Source: Bacteroidaceae bacterium (GTDB taxonomy: Bacteria; Bacteroidota; Bacteroidia; Bacteroidales; Bacteroidaceae). Taken from it: a stretch of DNA of 64,000 nt. A model generated the notes under the pieces. It ran no database searches, had not been told where the DNA came from, and worked only from the letters and a program-made list of their open reading frames with translations. Position numbers and translations under genes: made by a program. Positions 39,650-48,314 of this stretch are shown one piece after another; the first letter of the stretch is position 1; each line of letters starts with the position of its first letter. The stretch spans positions 1,415-65,414 of the forward strand of contig JAFVSR010000062.1 in assembly GCA_017503645.1 (NCBI GenBank). Reading direction: 5' to 3'.

Positions 39650-42600
39650 ATGAAACACAATTACATTAAAAACATGCTCACAGCCCTGCTATTGCTGTGC
39701 AGCACCGTGGCAAGTGCCCAAATAGTAGGCGTTGGTGATATAAGTTATAAAATCTTCAGAGAACCTACATCTACAGTAAGGGGTGCTGCATATGTTTATC
39801 GTTGTTCTATGGATGCTGTATCGCCTAAGATAGTAAGTAAGATTACTTATTACTCCAAAGAATATGATGTTACATATATTGGTGAAAGTGCATTCGCCGG
39901 TTGTACTAAAATGACGCACATTAGCATACCTAATCATATCAGCAGTATAAAAGATTTTGCTTTTAAGAATTGTACCAGTCTTAAAAGCATAGAAATAATT
40001 GATCTTGGAGCTGTGGGCAGTGGAGTGTTCTGTGGATGTTCAAGTCTCGAAAATATAACAGGATACGATAACGAGAAGTTTTCTTTTGATGGTAATTGTA
40101 TAGTAAATGTTAAGACCAATACCCTTTTGGTTGGATGTAAAAATACTGTAATTCCAAGTAGTGTAACAAGTATTGCTTCACTTGCATATGCAAATGGTCC
40201 TCAAAATGTAATAATTCCTAAACGCATTGTAAGTATAGGAGGTGGTGCCTTTGCTTGTTCGGGTGTGGGAAGTATAGTAGTTGAGGAAGGGCACCCTGTC
40301 TATGATAGCCGCAATGATTGCAATGCAGTAATACATACAGAAACGAACGAAATTGTTTCCGGATGCAATAATACTGTAATTCCTAACAGTGTTACTTCGA
40401 TTGCCAGTTATGCTTTCTACGATTGTGATGAGATTGAAAGTATTGAGATTCCTAAAGGTGTTACTTCAATTGGTTCTTCTGCTTTTGCTGCTTGTGGTAC
40501 GCTTAATAGTGTAATAATCCCATCTTCTGTTTTGTTTATGGGCAACAGCTCGCTGCCTAATAACCTTCCTAAGGTTATATTCTTGGGAAATACTCCGCCA
40601 AAAGAAAGTTCTTCAAGCAAAATATACAAGCCTTCAGCCAGTAGAATTTATGTATCAAACGCCTCTGTCTATGGCTATGGTATTGAGTATCCCCAATTAA
40701 GTTCTTTGTTTGAGGTAAATGGTGTAAAGTATGTTATTAAAAGCGCTGCAGACAGAACCTGCGATGTAATTGATTGTGCTTATGATGAAACTGCTGCCAA
40801 TATTGTAATTGACAGTGTGGTTACATACAGAAACATAAAATTGACTGTAAAGAATGTGGAACCTTATGCCTTATACAAAAACAATCATGTGAAGAGTGCT
40901 TTTGTGAATAACGATGGCTATGTAGGCAACAACGCTTTTTATCAGTGTACCGGAATTAATTCCGACGTTGTGGTGAAAAATAATGGTTATGTGGGTGCAC
41001 GCGCATTTGAAGGTTCCACACTCACCGGTTTGAATATTTCAAATAATGGTTATATAGGCAATTATGCCTTCTACGACTGCCCTAAGATGAATTCCGGGGT
41101 TACGGTAAGTAATAAGGGTTATGTAGGTGAATATGCATTCAGCAAATCTACGCTCACGGGTTTGCATGTTTCAAGTGCCGGTGAAATAAGGACATCGGCC
41201 TTCCAAGGGTGTACCGCTATTGTTGATGCCGATATTTCAAATACCGGTTATATAGGTACATCGGCTTTCCAAGGGTGCACCGCTTTGACAACGCTCAATT
41301 TTGGCAATAATGTGGGCGAGTTCAAAAATCAGGCATTCCGCGATTGTACATCATTGCCCAATATTGTAATCCCCGATTTTACACCTTCTGTTGGAGCTTC
41401 CTGTTTCCAAAATTGCAGTTCACTTGTGTCGGCCGTCGTTGGTGAATCTGTAAAAAGATTAGAGGAGAGCGTCTTTCAGAACTGTTCATCTTTGACCGAT
41501 GTTTCAATAGGTGTGAGTGTTGATTCTATCAAAGAAAAGGCATTCTCCGGTTGTACTTCGTTGCCCAAAATTAAATTGCCTCAGAATGTTATTGCAATTT
41601 CCGACTCTGTTTTTTATGCTTGCAACAGCCTTAAAACAGTAATATTCGATGATGGCATCACAAACGATTCTATATCCTTGGGTAGCAATGGTGAAAGTCC
41701 AATGTTCAGCAGCTGTCCGCTCGATTCGGTATATATAGGTAGGAAATTGTCATATAAACAAGGTTCGAACAGAGGATATTCGCCATTCTATGCAAATAAG
41801 CATTTAAGAAGCGTTACATATAATGATAATGAGGTGGCGGTTTACCCCAAGGAGTATATGAACTGCAGCAATTTGCAGAATGTGCTAATTGGAGCCGGAA
41901 TAAATGTTATTGATGATGAAGCCTTCCAAAACTGTACCTCGTTGCCAACAATTCTTATTCCAAACACAGTAAATAAGTCTTTGGGCGCAAGCTCTTTTAA
42001 AAACTGTTCAGCACTCTACAAAGCAGTTATAGGCGATAGTGTGGCATCTATTGGACAAAGTGCATTTGAAAGTTGTGTTTCTCTTGTCGATGTGAAGGTG
42101 GGTGCAAGAGTCTCCGATATATATGCATCAGCCTTTAAGAATTGTAGTTCGTTGCCGCAGATAACAATTCCGCAAGCAACCAATAGCATAAAAGACTATG
42201 TATTCGATGATTGTGCGAAGCTTAAATACTTCTTCTTGGAAGATGGCCCCAATACCATTTCTCTTGGAAAAAATGCCGCAAGCGCATCAACAACTGTCAT
42301 AGGTTCTGAATGTCCATTATTCTATGACTGCGCCCTCGATTCGATATACCTTGGCCGAAACCTCTCTTACAGCCTCAAATTGGAAGATGGTTATTCGCCC
42401 TTCTATTTCAATAAAACATTGCGTGCTGTGGTTATAGGCAACATGGTTGATTCTGTGTTTGAAAATGAATTCTATCAATGCCGCAAACTTGAATATGTTT
42501 CGGTGGGCGACGGTGTTACCGCGGTAGGTAACTGGGCATTCAGTAGTTGTATAAGCCTCGATCACTTCTCGTTCGGTACGGGCCTTGAAACAATAGGCAA

Positions 42601-44290
42601 AGAGGCTTTCAGCGACTGTACCTCGATTACTAAGATAGTAAGCAGCCGCAATGTTCCGCCTGTTTGTGGCGACCAGGCACTCGCCGATATAAATGTATGG
42701 GATTGTACGCTTTATGTTCCCGAGGATTATATTGAAACCTATTGGGCTGCCCCGCAATGGCAAGACTTCTTCTTTGTTGAAGGTGCCGAGTATAATCTAA
42801 AGTTTATTGTAGACGGTGCGGTTTACAATGAAAGCGTAGTAAAATACAATGCCGAGATTACACTACCTGCCGACCCCGTGAAGGAGGGCTACACATTCCT
42901 GGGCTGGTCTTTTGATGATGGCAAGAATGCATGGAACAGCATGGATATTGCAAGCAACGCCAACACAATGCTCTACACCAATGCCCCTTGCACAACAACT
43001 GCATACGGCGACCAATTTGTGAGCTGGAACGTGTTGTTCGATGGCGACGCCAATACAATATTCCACTCGGAGTATGGTAACAAACAAACAGCCGACAGCC
43101 TAGACCACTACTTGCGCGTAGATATGGGCGAAAGGAACAAGGTAGGCAAGTTTAGCTTTACCTATACCACACGCAACTTGGAGAACAACAATAACACGGC
43201 ACCAAAGACAATGGTTGTGGAAGGTTCTAATGTGGCCGACGGTGAATACACCGAGATAGCAACTCTTAGCAATCTGCCGGGAACAAAAGCAACTGTTTAT
43301 ACTTCGGGTGAGTTGGGTGATGACAACAATCCCTTCCGCTATATCCGTTACAGAGTAACAGAGACTCATAGTAATTACAAGGATAATAATCACCCTTACT
43401 TTTCAATTGCAGAGTTCGGCATGCCGTCTGCAAATCTCATTTACGTAATTCCTTCGAGAATGCCTGCCGATGACACTGAATTATATGCAATATTCAAAGC
43501 GAATGACTATACCGTCAAATACATTGTCAATGGCGAGGAGTATTACAGCGAGACCGTAGCTTGTGATGCCGAAATTGTACCCATTGAGGCTCCCGAAAAA
43601 GAAGGCTACACATTCAACCGTTGGGAGGGATTGCCTGAAACTATGCCTGCAGGTAATATTGAGGTTACAGCTGTTTACGACAAGATTCCAACAGAGATAA
43701 CAATAACCATAAACAAATATGGTTCTGCAACATTCTCATCCCCCTATGCGCTCGACTTCAGCGAAGTTAGCGGATTGACAGCATATGCAGCAACAGGATA
43801 TAACACCAATACAGGAATAATAACAATGACTATGGTGAACACGGCTAAAGAGGGTGTAGGCCTATTCTTGAAAGGTGCGCCAAATACCACTTACGTCGTT
43901 CCTATTATGGATGAAACAGGTGATAATACACAGAACCTCATGGTTGGAGTTTTGACAAAAACGACAGTTAATCAGAAAACAGACGATGGTATGTACGTAA
44001 ACTTTAAGTACACGGTAGCCGGCGGTAGCACAACACCAATGTTCTATCGTTACAGCGATGGTTCAAGCGTTTCTGCCGGCAAGGCATATTTGCAATTGCC
44101 TTTGAGTTGGTTGCCTTCAGATGCTTCATTCGCAATAGGTATAAGATTTGAAGATGGTTTCGCAACAGGTATCGACGAAGTGGAAGCCAAGGAAGATGAT
44201 GTTATCTATTACGACCTCAATGGTCGCCGTGTGCAAGAGCCTGTCAAAGGTGTCGTTTATATAGTAAATGGTAAAAAGGTAATATTTTAA
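39650..44290 (+). CDS. Giant BspA-type leucine-rich-repeat surface protein with Listeria-Bacteroides (Flg_new) repeats, F5/8-type-C (discoidin)-like domain and T9SS-type C-terminal tail
   Basis: 1546 aa. Signal peptide ..CSTVASAQ. About 1000 aa of LRR_5-type repeats. EGYTFLGWS / EGYTFNRWEG repeats. LRVDMG..FRYIRYRVTE discoidin-like segment. Tail DVIYYDLNGRRVQEPVKGVVYIVNGKKVIF. Confidence 0.9.
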   Translation: MKHNYIKNMLTALLLLCSTVASAQIVGVGDISYKIFREPTSTVRGAAYVYRCSMDAVSPKIVSKITYYSKEYDVTYIGESAFAGCTKMTHISIPNHISSIKDFAFKNCTSLKSIEIIDLGAVGSGVFCGCSSLENITGYDNEKFSFDGNCIVNVKTNTLLVGCKNTVIPSSVTSIASLAYANGPQNVIIPKRIVSIGGGAFACSGVGSIVVEEGHPVYDSRNDCNAVIHTETNEIVSGCNNTVIPNSVTSIASYAFYDCDEIESIEIPKGVTSIGSSAFAACGTLNSVIIPSSVLFMGNSSLPNNLPKVIFLGNTPPKESSSSKIYKPSASRIYVSNASVYGYGIEYPQLSSLFEVNGVKYVIKSAADRTCDVIDCAYDETAANIVIDSVVTYRNIKLTVKNVEPYALYKNNHVKSAFVNNDGYVGNNAFYQCTGINSDVVVKNNGYVGARAFEGSTLTGLNISNNGYIGNYAFYDCPKMNSGVTVSNKGYVGEYAFSKSTLTGLHVSSAGEIRTSAFQGCTAIVDADISNTGYIGTSAFQGCTALTTLNFGNNVGEFKNQAFRDCTSLPNIVIPDFTPSVGASCFQNCSSLVSAVVGESVKRLEESVFQNCSSLTDVSIGVSVDSIKEKAFSGCTSLPKIKLPQNVIAISDSVFYACNSLKTVIFDDGITNDSISLGSNGESPMFSSCPLDSVYIGRKLSYKQGSNRGYSPFYANKHLRSVTYNDNEVAVYPKEYMNCSNLQNVLIGAGINVIDDEAFQNCTSLPTILIPNTVNKSLGASSFKNCSALYKAVIGDSVASIGQSAFESCVSLVDVKVGARVSDIYASAFKNCSSLPQITIPQATNSIKDYVFDDCAKLKYFFLEDGPNTISLGKNAASASTTVIGSECPLFYDCALDSIYLGRNLSYSLKLEDGYSPFYFNKTLRAVVIGNMVDSVFENEFYQCRKLEYVSVGDGVTAVGNWAFSSCISLDHFSFGTGLETIGKEAFSDCTSITKIVSSRNVPPVCGDQALADINVWDCTLYVPEDYIETYWAAPQWQDFFFVEGAEYNLKFIVDGAVYNESVVKYNAEITLPADPVKEGYTFLGWSFDDGKNAWNSMDIASNANTMLYTNAPCTTTAYGDQFVSWNVLFDGDANTIFHSEYGNKQTADSLDHYLRVDMGERNKVGKFSFTYTTRNLENNNNTAPKTMVVEGSNVADGEYTEIATLSNLPGTKATVYTSGELGDDNNPFRYIRYRVTETHSNYKDNNHPYFSIAEFGMPSANLIYVIPSRMPADDTELYAIFKANDYTVKYIVNGEEYYSETVACDAEIVPIEAPEKEGYTFNRWEGLPETMPAGNIEVTAVYDKIPTEITITINKYGSATFSSPYALDFSEVSGLTAYAATGYNTNTGIITMTMVNTAKEGVGLFLKGAPNTTYVVPIMDETGDNTQNLMVGVLTKTTVNQKTDDGMYVNFKYTVAGGSTTPMFYRYSDGSSVSAGKAYLQLPLSWLPSDASFAIGIRFEDGFATGIDEVEAKEDDVIYYDLNGRRVQEPVKGVVYIVNGKKVIF
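41336..41827 (+). repeat. Internal ~165-aa LRR super-module, copy 1 (within the giant LRR gene)
   Basis: FRDCTSLPNIVIP...GYSPFYANKHLRSVTYND is collinear with copy 2 at the protein level. Confidence 0.6.
41924..42442 (+). repeat. Internal ~170-aa LRR super-module, copy 2
   Basis: FQNCTSLPTILIP...GYSPFYFNKTLRAVVIGN is collinear with copy 1. Confidence 0.6.
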
Positions 44291-44307
44291 ATAAAAAGTA
44301 ATAAATT

Positions 44308-44490
44308 ATGAAAAAGAACTATTTGGAACCCGAAACTGAGTATGTTAAATTGGTTGTAGGCCCCATAATGCAGATTGTTGAAGGCTCTACATGGACCGGT
44401 ACCGGAACAGGTGATGGTGAAGTAGGTGATGAAACCGAGGAGCTTTCCAATAGAAGAAATGGTGAATGGGGCAATCTTTGGAAAAAATAA
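44308..44490 (+). CDS. Small acidic hypothetical protein (60 aa), co-transcribed with the LRR gene
   Basis: ATG 17 nt after the LRR stop in an A-rich context. It lies upstream of the only terminator hairpin of the unit. I recognise no family, so coding status is uncertain. Confidence 0.45.
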   Translation: MKKNYLEPETEYVKLVVGPIMQIVEGSTWTGTGTGDGEVGDETEELSNRRNGEWGNLWKK

Positions 44491-44509
44491 GATGTAGATT
44501 TTTTCATTC

Positions 44510-44546
44510 GACCCCGGGTGGCGTTCGCGCCGGCCGGGGTCTTTTT
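44510..44546 (+). terminator. Intrinsic terminator of the LRR / micro-ORF transcript
   Basis: GACCCCGG..(GGCG-TTCG-CGCC)..CCGGGGTC nested hairpin followed by TTTTT. Confidence 0.7.
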
Positions 44547-44618
44547 GCATTAGCACCACTGCGCGCCACTATATACACTATTTTTTGTTAAAGGGGTACA
44601 ACCTTTCCGTTTTTTATG

Positions 44619-44626
44619 TATTTTCG
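44619..44626 (+). promoter_or_regulatory. Putative -7 promoter box (TATTTTCG) for uvrA
   Basis: TAnnTTCG variant 24 nt upstream of the ATG at 44651. It lies inside the longer TTG-initiated ORF, which argues for the 44651 start. Confidence 0.4.
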
Positions 44627-44650
44627 CGAGATATTATTAAAGAAGATGCA

Positions 44651-47434
44651 ATGGAGGGAAAATTCATTACAATAAAGGGCGCGCGTGTAAACAACCTGAA
44701 GAATGTGGATGTGGAGATACCACGCGGGAAGTTGGTGGTTATAACCGGCCTTTCGGGCTCGGGAAAATCCTCCCTTGCCTTCGATACACTATATGCCGAA
44801 GGACAGCGCCGCTATGTAGAGTCGCTCAGCTCATACGCCCGACAGTTTCTGGGGCAGATGAACAAGCCCGAGTGCGATTTCATAAAAGGGATACCCCCTG
44901 CCATTGCCATAGAGCAGAAGGTGAACAACCGCAACCCGCGCTCCACGGTGGGCACCAGCACCGAGATTTACGAATACCTGAAACTGCTGTATGCACGAGT
45001 GGGAAAAACCTACTCGCCCGTGAGTGGCAGACAGGTAAAGAAAGACAGCCCTGAGGACCTTGTTGCCTGTATGCAAAGCCGCCCCGATGGCACCCGTTTT
45101 ATGCTGCTTGCCCCCATACCCAAGCGAAAGGGGCGCGATATGCAGGAGCAGCTGTCGATATATTTGCAGCAGGGCTTCACACGCATATATCTTAACGGAG
45201 AGGTAGTGCGCATTGAGGAGTACACCCCCAAGAAAGGTGACAAGCCTGCGTTGCTCATAGACCGCCTCTCGGTTTCTAATTCACAAGAGACAATATCCCG
45301 TCTGCTCGACTCGGCCGAAACAGCCTTCTACGAAGGCAACGGCACCTGCATTCTGCAATTTGTAGGCGAGGAGGGGCAGCACACCTTCAGCACCCGTTTC
45401 GAGGCCGACGGCATTGAGTTCGAGGAGCCCACAGAGCAGCTCTTCTCGTTCAACTCGCCCATTGGCGCCTGCCCCGACTGCGAGGGATTCGGGCGCATTG
45501 TGGGAATAGACGAGAACCTTGTAGTGCCCAACAAATCGTTGAGCATATACGACGGCGCGGTATTCTGCTGGCGCGGCGAGAAGATGGGCGAGTGGAAAAA
45601 GGAGTTCTGCAAGCACGCCACAAAAGACGACTTCCCTATCTTTGAACCATACTACAACCTCACACAGGAACAAAAAGACTACCTATGGCACAAGGGGCCC
45701 TGGATTGAGGAGTACCAGGAGAGCATCTGCATTGACAATTTCTTCAAGATGGTGCAGGCCAACCAATACAAGATACAATACCGCGTGATGCTTGCACGCT
45801 ACCGCGGAAAGCCCATCTGCCCCACCTGCCACGGCACACGCCTCAAGAAAGAGGCCACATATGTGAAGGTGGGTGGCGCAAGCATCACCGAACTGATAGA
45901 GATGCCAATTGACCGTTTGAAGATATTCTTCGACAATCTGCAACTCGACGAGCAGGACAGCACCATTGCAGCGCGCATACTCACCGAGATAAAGAGCCGC
46001 ATAGAGTGCCTTTGCGATGTGGGGCTCAGCTATCTCACACTAAACCGCTTGAGCAACACCCTGTCAGGCGGAGAGAGCCAGCGCATAAACCTTGTAACCT
46101 CGCTTGGCAGCGCCCTTGTGGGCTCGCTGTATATACTCGACGAGCCCAGCATTGGCCTGCACAGCCGCGACACGGAACGCCTTATAAAAGTACTCTATCG
46201 CTTGCGCGACCTCGGTAACACCGTGGTGGTGGTGGAGCACGACGAGGAGATAATACGCGCAGCCGACTACATAATAGATGTGGGCCCAAAGGCAGGCTCA
46301 TACGGCGGTAACATTGTGTATAAAGGCAATATGAGCGACTTGGCCCCGGGCAGCAACAGCTACACTGTGAAATATCTGCTGGGCGAGGAGACCATAGACA
46401 CCCCCACCCACCGCCGCAAGTGGAACAACAGCATACTTATAAAAGGAGCCCGCGAGAACAACCTCAAAGGAATAGATGTAAAGATACCGCTTAACGTACT
46501 CACCGTGGTGAGCGGCGTAAGCGGCTCGGGCAAATCGACGCTTGTACGCGACATTCTCTACCGCTCACTAAAACGACACTTTGGCGAGGTGACCGACGCA
46601 CCCGGACAATGCGAAGCCGTTGAAGGCTCGCTGTCGCAGATTACAGGAGTGGAGTTTGTGGACCAGAACCCAATAGGAAAATCGTCGCGCTCGAACGCCG
46701 TGACATACCTTAAGGTATATGACGACATACGCCACCTGTTTGCACAGCAACCGCTTGCCAAGCAGTTGGGATTTGGTGCAGGCCATTTCTCGTTCAATGC
46801 CGACGGAGGCCGTTGCGAGGAGTGCAAGGGCGAGGGAGTGATAACCGTGTCTATGCAGTTTATGGCCGACCTGCAGCTGGTGTGCGAGGCCTGCCACGGC
46901 AAGCGTTTCAAGAAGGAGGTGCTCGATGTGAAATTCCAGGGCAAGAGCATACACGATATATTGGAAATGACCGTGGGCGATGCCATCAACTTTTTCCAGG
47001 AACACGGAGAGAAGCGCATTGCCGAAAACCTGCAACCGCTGCAGGATGTGGGGCTTGCCTACATAAAGCTGGGGCAGTCGTCATCTACCCTGTCGGGCGG
47101 AGAGAACCAGCGCGTGAAGCTCGCCTACTACCTGAGCCGACAAACCGACAAGCCCACCCTATTCATATTCGACGAGCCCACCACAGGCCTCCATTTCCAC
47201 GACATAAAGAAACTGCTAAACTCATTTGAGCGCCTCATAGCCCGCGGTCACTCGCTTGTGATAATAGAGCACAATATGGACATAATAAAATGTGCCGACC
47301 ACATAATAGACTTGGGCCCCGAGGGAGGCGAGAACGGTGGCGAGCTCATTGCAGCAGGCACCCCCGAGGAGGTTGCAGCCTGCCCTGCATCGCACACAGG
47401 GCAGTTCCTTAAAGAGAAACTAAAGCAAGATTAA
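44651..47434 (+). CDS. uvrA: Excinuclease ABC subunit A
   Basis: Start at [18 protein letters not shown]. Two ABC modules ([20 protein letters not shown]). CxxC zinc modules ([32 protein letters not shown]). Confidence 0.96.
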   Translation: MEGKFITIKGARVNNLKNVDVEIPRGKLVVITGLSGSGKSSLAFDTLYAEGQRRYVESLSSYARQFLGQMNKPECDFIKGIPPAIAIEQKVNNRNPRSTVGTSTEIYEYLKLLYARVGKTYSPVSGRQVKKDSPEDLVACMQSRPDGTRFMLLAPIPKRKGRDMQEQLSIYLQQGFTRIYLNGEVVRIEEYTPKKGDKPALLIDRLSVSNSQETISRLLDSAETAFYEGNGTCILQFVGEEGQHTFSTRFEADGIEFEEPTEQLFSFNSPIGACPDCEGFGRIVGIDENLVVPNKSLSIYDGAVFCWRGEKMGEWKKEFCKHATKDDFPIFEPYYNLTQEQKDYLWHKGPWIEEYQESICIDNFFKMVQANQYKIQYRVMLARYRGKPICPTCHGTRLKKEATYVKVGGASITELIEMPIDRLKIFFDNLQLDEQDSTIAARILTEIKSRIECLCDVGLSYLTLNRLSNTLSGGESQRINLVTSLGSALVGSLYILDEPSIGLHSRDTERLIKVLYRLRDLGNTVVVVEHDEEIIRAADYIIDVGPKAGSYGGNIVYKGNMSDLAPGSNSYTVKYLLGEETIDTPTHRRKWNNSILIKGARENNLKGIDVKIPLNVLTVVSGVSGSGKSTLVRDILYRSLKRHFGEVTDAPGQCEAVEGSLSQITGVEFVDQNPIGKSSRSNAVTYLKVYDDIRHLFAQQPLAKQLGFGAGHFSFNADGGRCEECKGEGVITVSMQFMADLQLVCEACHGKRFKKEVLDVKFQGKSIHDILEMTVGDAINFFQEHGEKRIAENLQPLQDVGLAYIKLGQSSSTLSGGENQRVKLAYYLSRQTDKPTLFIFDEPTTGLHFHDIKKLLNSFERLIARGHSLVIIEHNMDIIKCADHIIDLGPEGGENGGELIAAGTPEEVAACPASHTGQFLKEKLKQD

Positions 47435-47590
47435 AAGAAGAACTAAGGAGGATTAAAGAGAACTAAAGAGAATTAAGGGGAATTAAAGGAAACTAAAGCA
47501 ACCTTAATAGCCCTTAGTAACCCTTAGTAGCCCTTAGTAGCCCTTAGTAACCCTTAGTAGCCCTTAATAACCCTTAATAATTATTAACTG
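47411..47590. repeat. Composite repeat module A: purine-rich 10-bp-phased arm plus 8 tandem CCCTTA(G/A)TA(A/G) decamers
   Basis: The arm 47411-47500 alternates ..AACTAAAG.. and ..ATTAAGG.. units. The decamers run in register from 47501 to 47580. The two arms are imperfect reverse complements, and the arm encodes the uvrA C-terminus. Confidence 0.85.
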
Positions 47591-47606
47591 TCATCACCAA
47601 CCAGCT

Positions 47607-48167
47607 ATGACCAGCCTTATACCCAACCGAGGGAACTACCGGAATTTACTTTGCTACCGTAAAGCAGAAACCATATACGACATTACATTTTTCTTTACCA
47701 AGCAATTTCTTAATAAAGGAGACCGCACTATTGACCAAATGGTACAAGCTGCCCGTAGCGGTAAGCAGAATATTGTAGAAGGTTACACTGCCGGTGCGAC
47801 ATCGGCAGAAACAGAACTAAAACTATTCAATGTTGCTAAAAGCAGCCTACAGGAACTGCTTATCGATTATGAAGATTATTTGCGGACACGTGGGCATAAA
47901 CGTTGGGCAGAAGATTCAGAACAGGCAAGATGCGCACAACAATTAGGTCGCGCACACAACGACACCGTTTTTTGGATGAATATTGTTAGTACTCGCGATG
48001 CTTGCACAATTGCAAACATTGCTATTATACTTATATACCAAGAAGATTATTTACTATACAAATATCTGCAGTCGGCAGGAAAACGATTTATAAACGAAGG
48101 AGGGTTTAGAGAAAAACTAACCCGCACCAGACTGCAACAACGCTCAAAGAAAACTAAAGAAGACTAA
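47607..48167 (+). CDS. Four-helix-bundle protein with four-helix-bundle suffix domain (23S-rRNA-IVS-protein/Avd-related family)
   Basis: GNYRNLLCYRKAETIYDITFFFTKQFL..GDRTIDQMVQAARSGKQNIVEG..ETELKLFNVAKSSLQELLIDYEDYLRTR and C-terminal ..TIANIAIILIYQEDYLLYKYL..EGGFREKLTRTRL match my memory of this family. Confidence 0.8.
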   Translation: MTSLIPNRGNYRNLLCYRKAETIYDITFFFTKQFLNKGDRTIDQMVQAARSGKQNIVEGYTAGATSAETELKLFNVAKSSLQELLIDYEDYLRTRGHKRWAEDSEQARCAQQLGRAHNDTVFWMNIVSTRDACTIANIAIILIYQEDYLLYKYLQSAGKRFINEGGFREKLTRTRLQQRSKKTKED

Positions 48168-48314
48168 AGCAATATTAAAAGAAGAACTAAAGAAGATTAA
48201 AGAGAACTAAAGAGAATTAAGGGGAATTAAAGCAACCTTAGTAGCCCTTAGTAACCCTTAGTAGCCCTTAGTAACCCTTAGTAGCCCTTAATAGCCCTTA
48301 ATAGCCCTTAGCAA
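48146..48314. repeat. Composite repeat module B (direct repeat of module A)
   Basis: Same purine arm (48146-48234) and 8 decamers (48235-48314). It has one fewer GAAACTAAAG unit than module A. It encodes the C-terminus of the cassette ORF and contains the chrA stop codon. Confidence 0.85.

Noticed and set aside
47501-47580. Regularly spaced short repeats that might be taken for a CRISPR array (also 48235-48314).
   Set aside because: The units are contiguous 10-mers with no spacers, far shorter than CRISPR repeats. No cas genes are present.
47411-48314. Integron-like gene cassette (promoterless ORF followed by an attC-like imperfect palindrome).
   Set aside because: No integron integrase or attI lies in the window. 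The module ends do not show the GTTRRRY / RYYYAAC core sites. I keep only the looser 'cassette' description.
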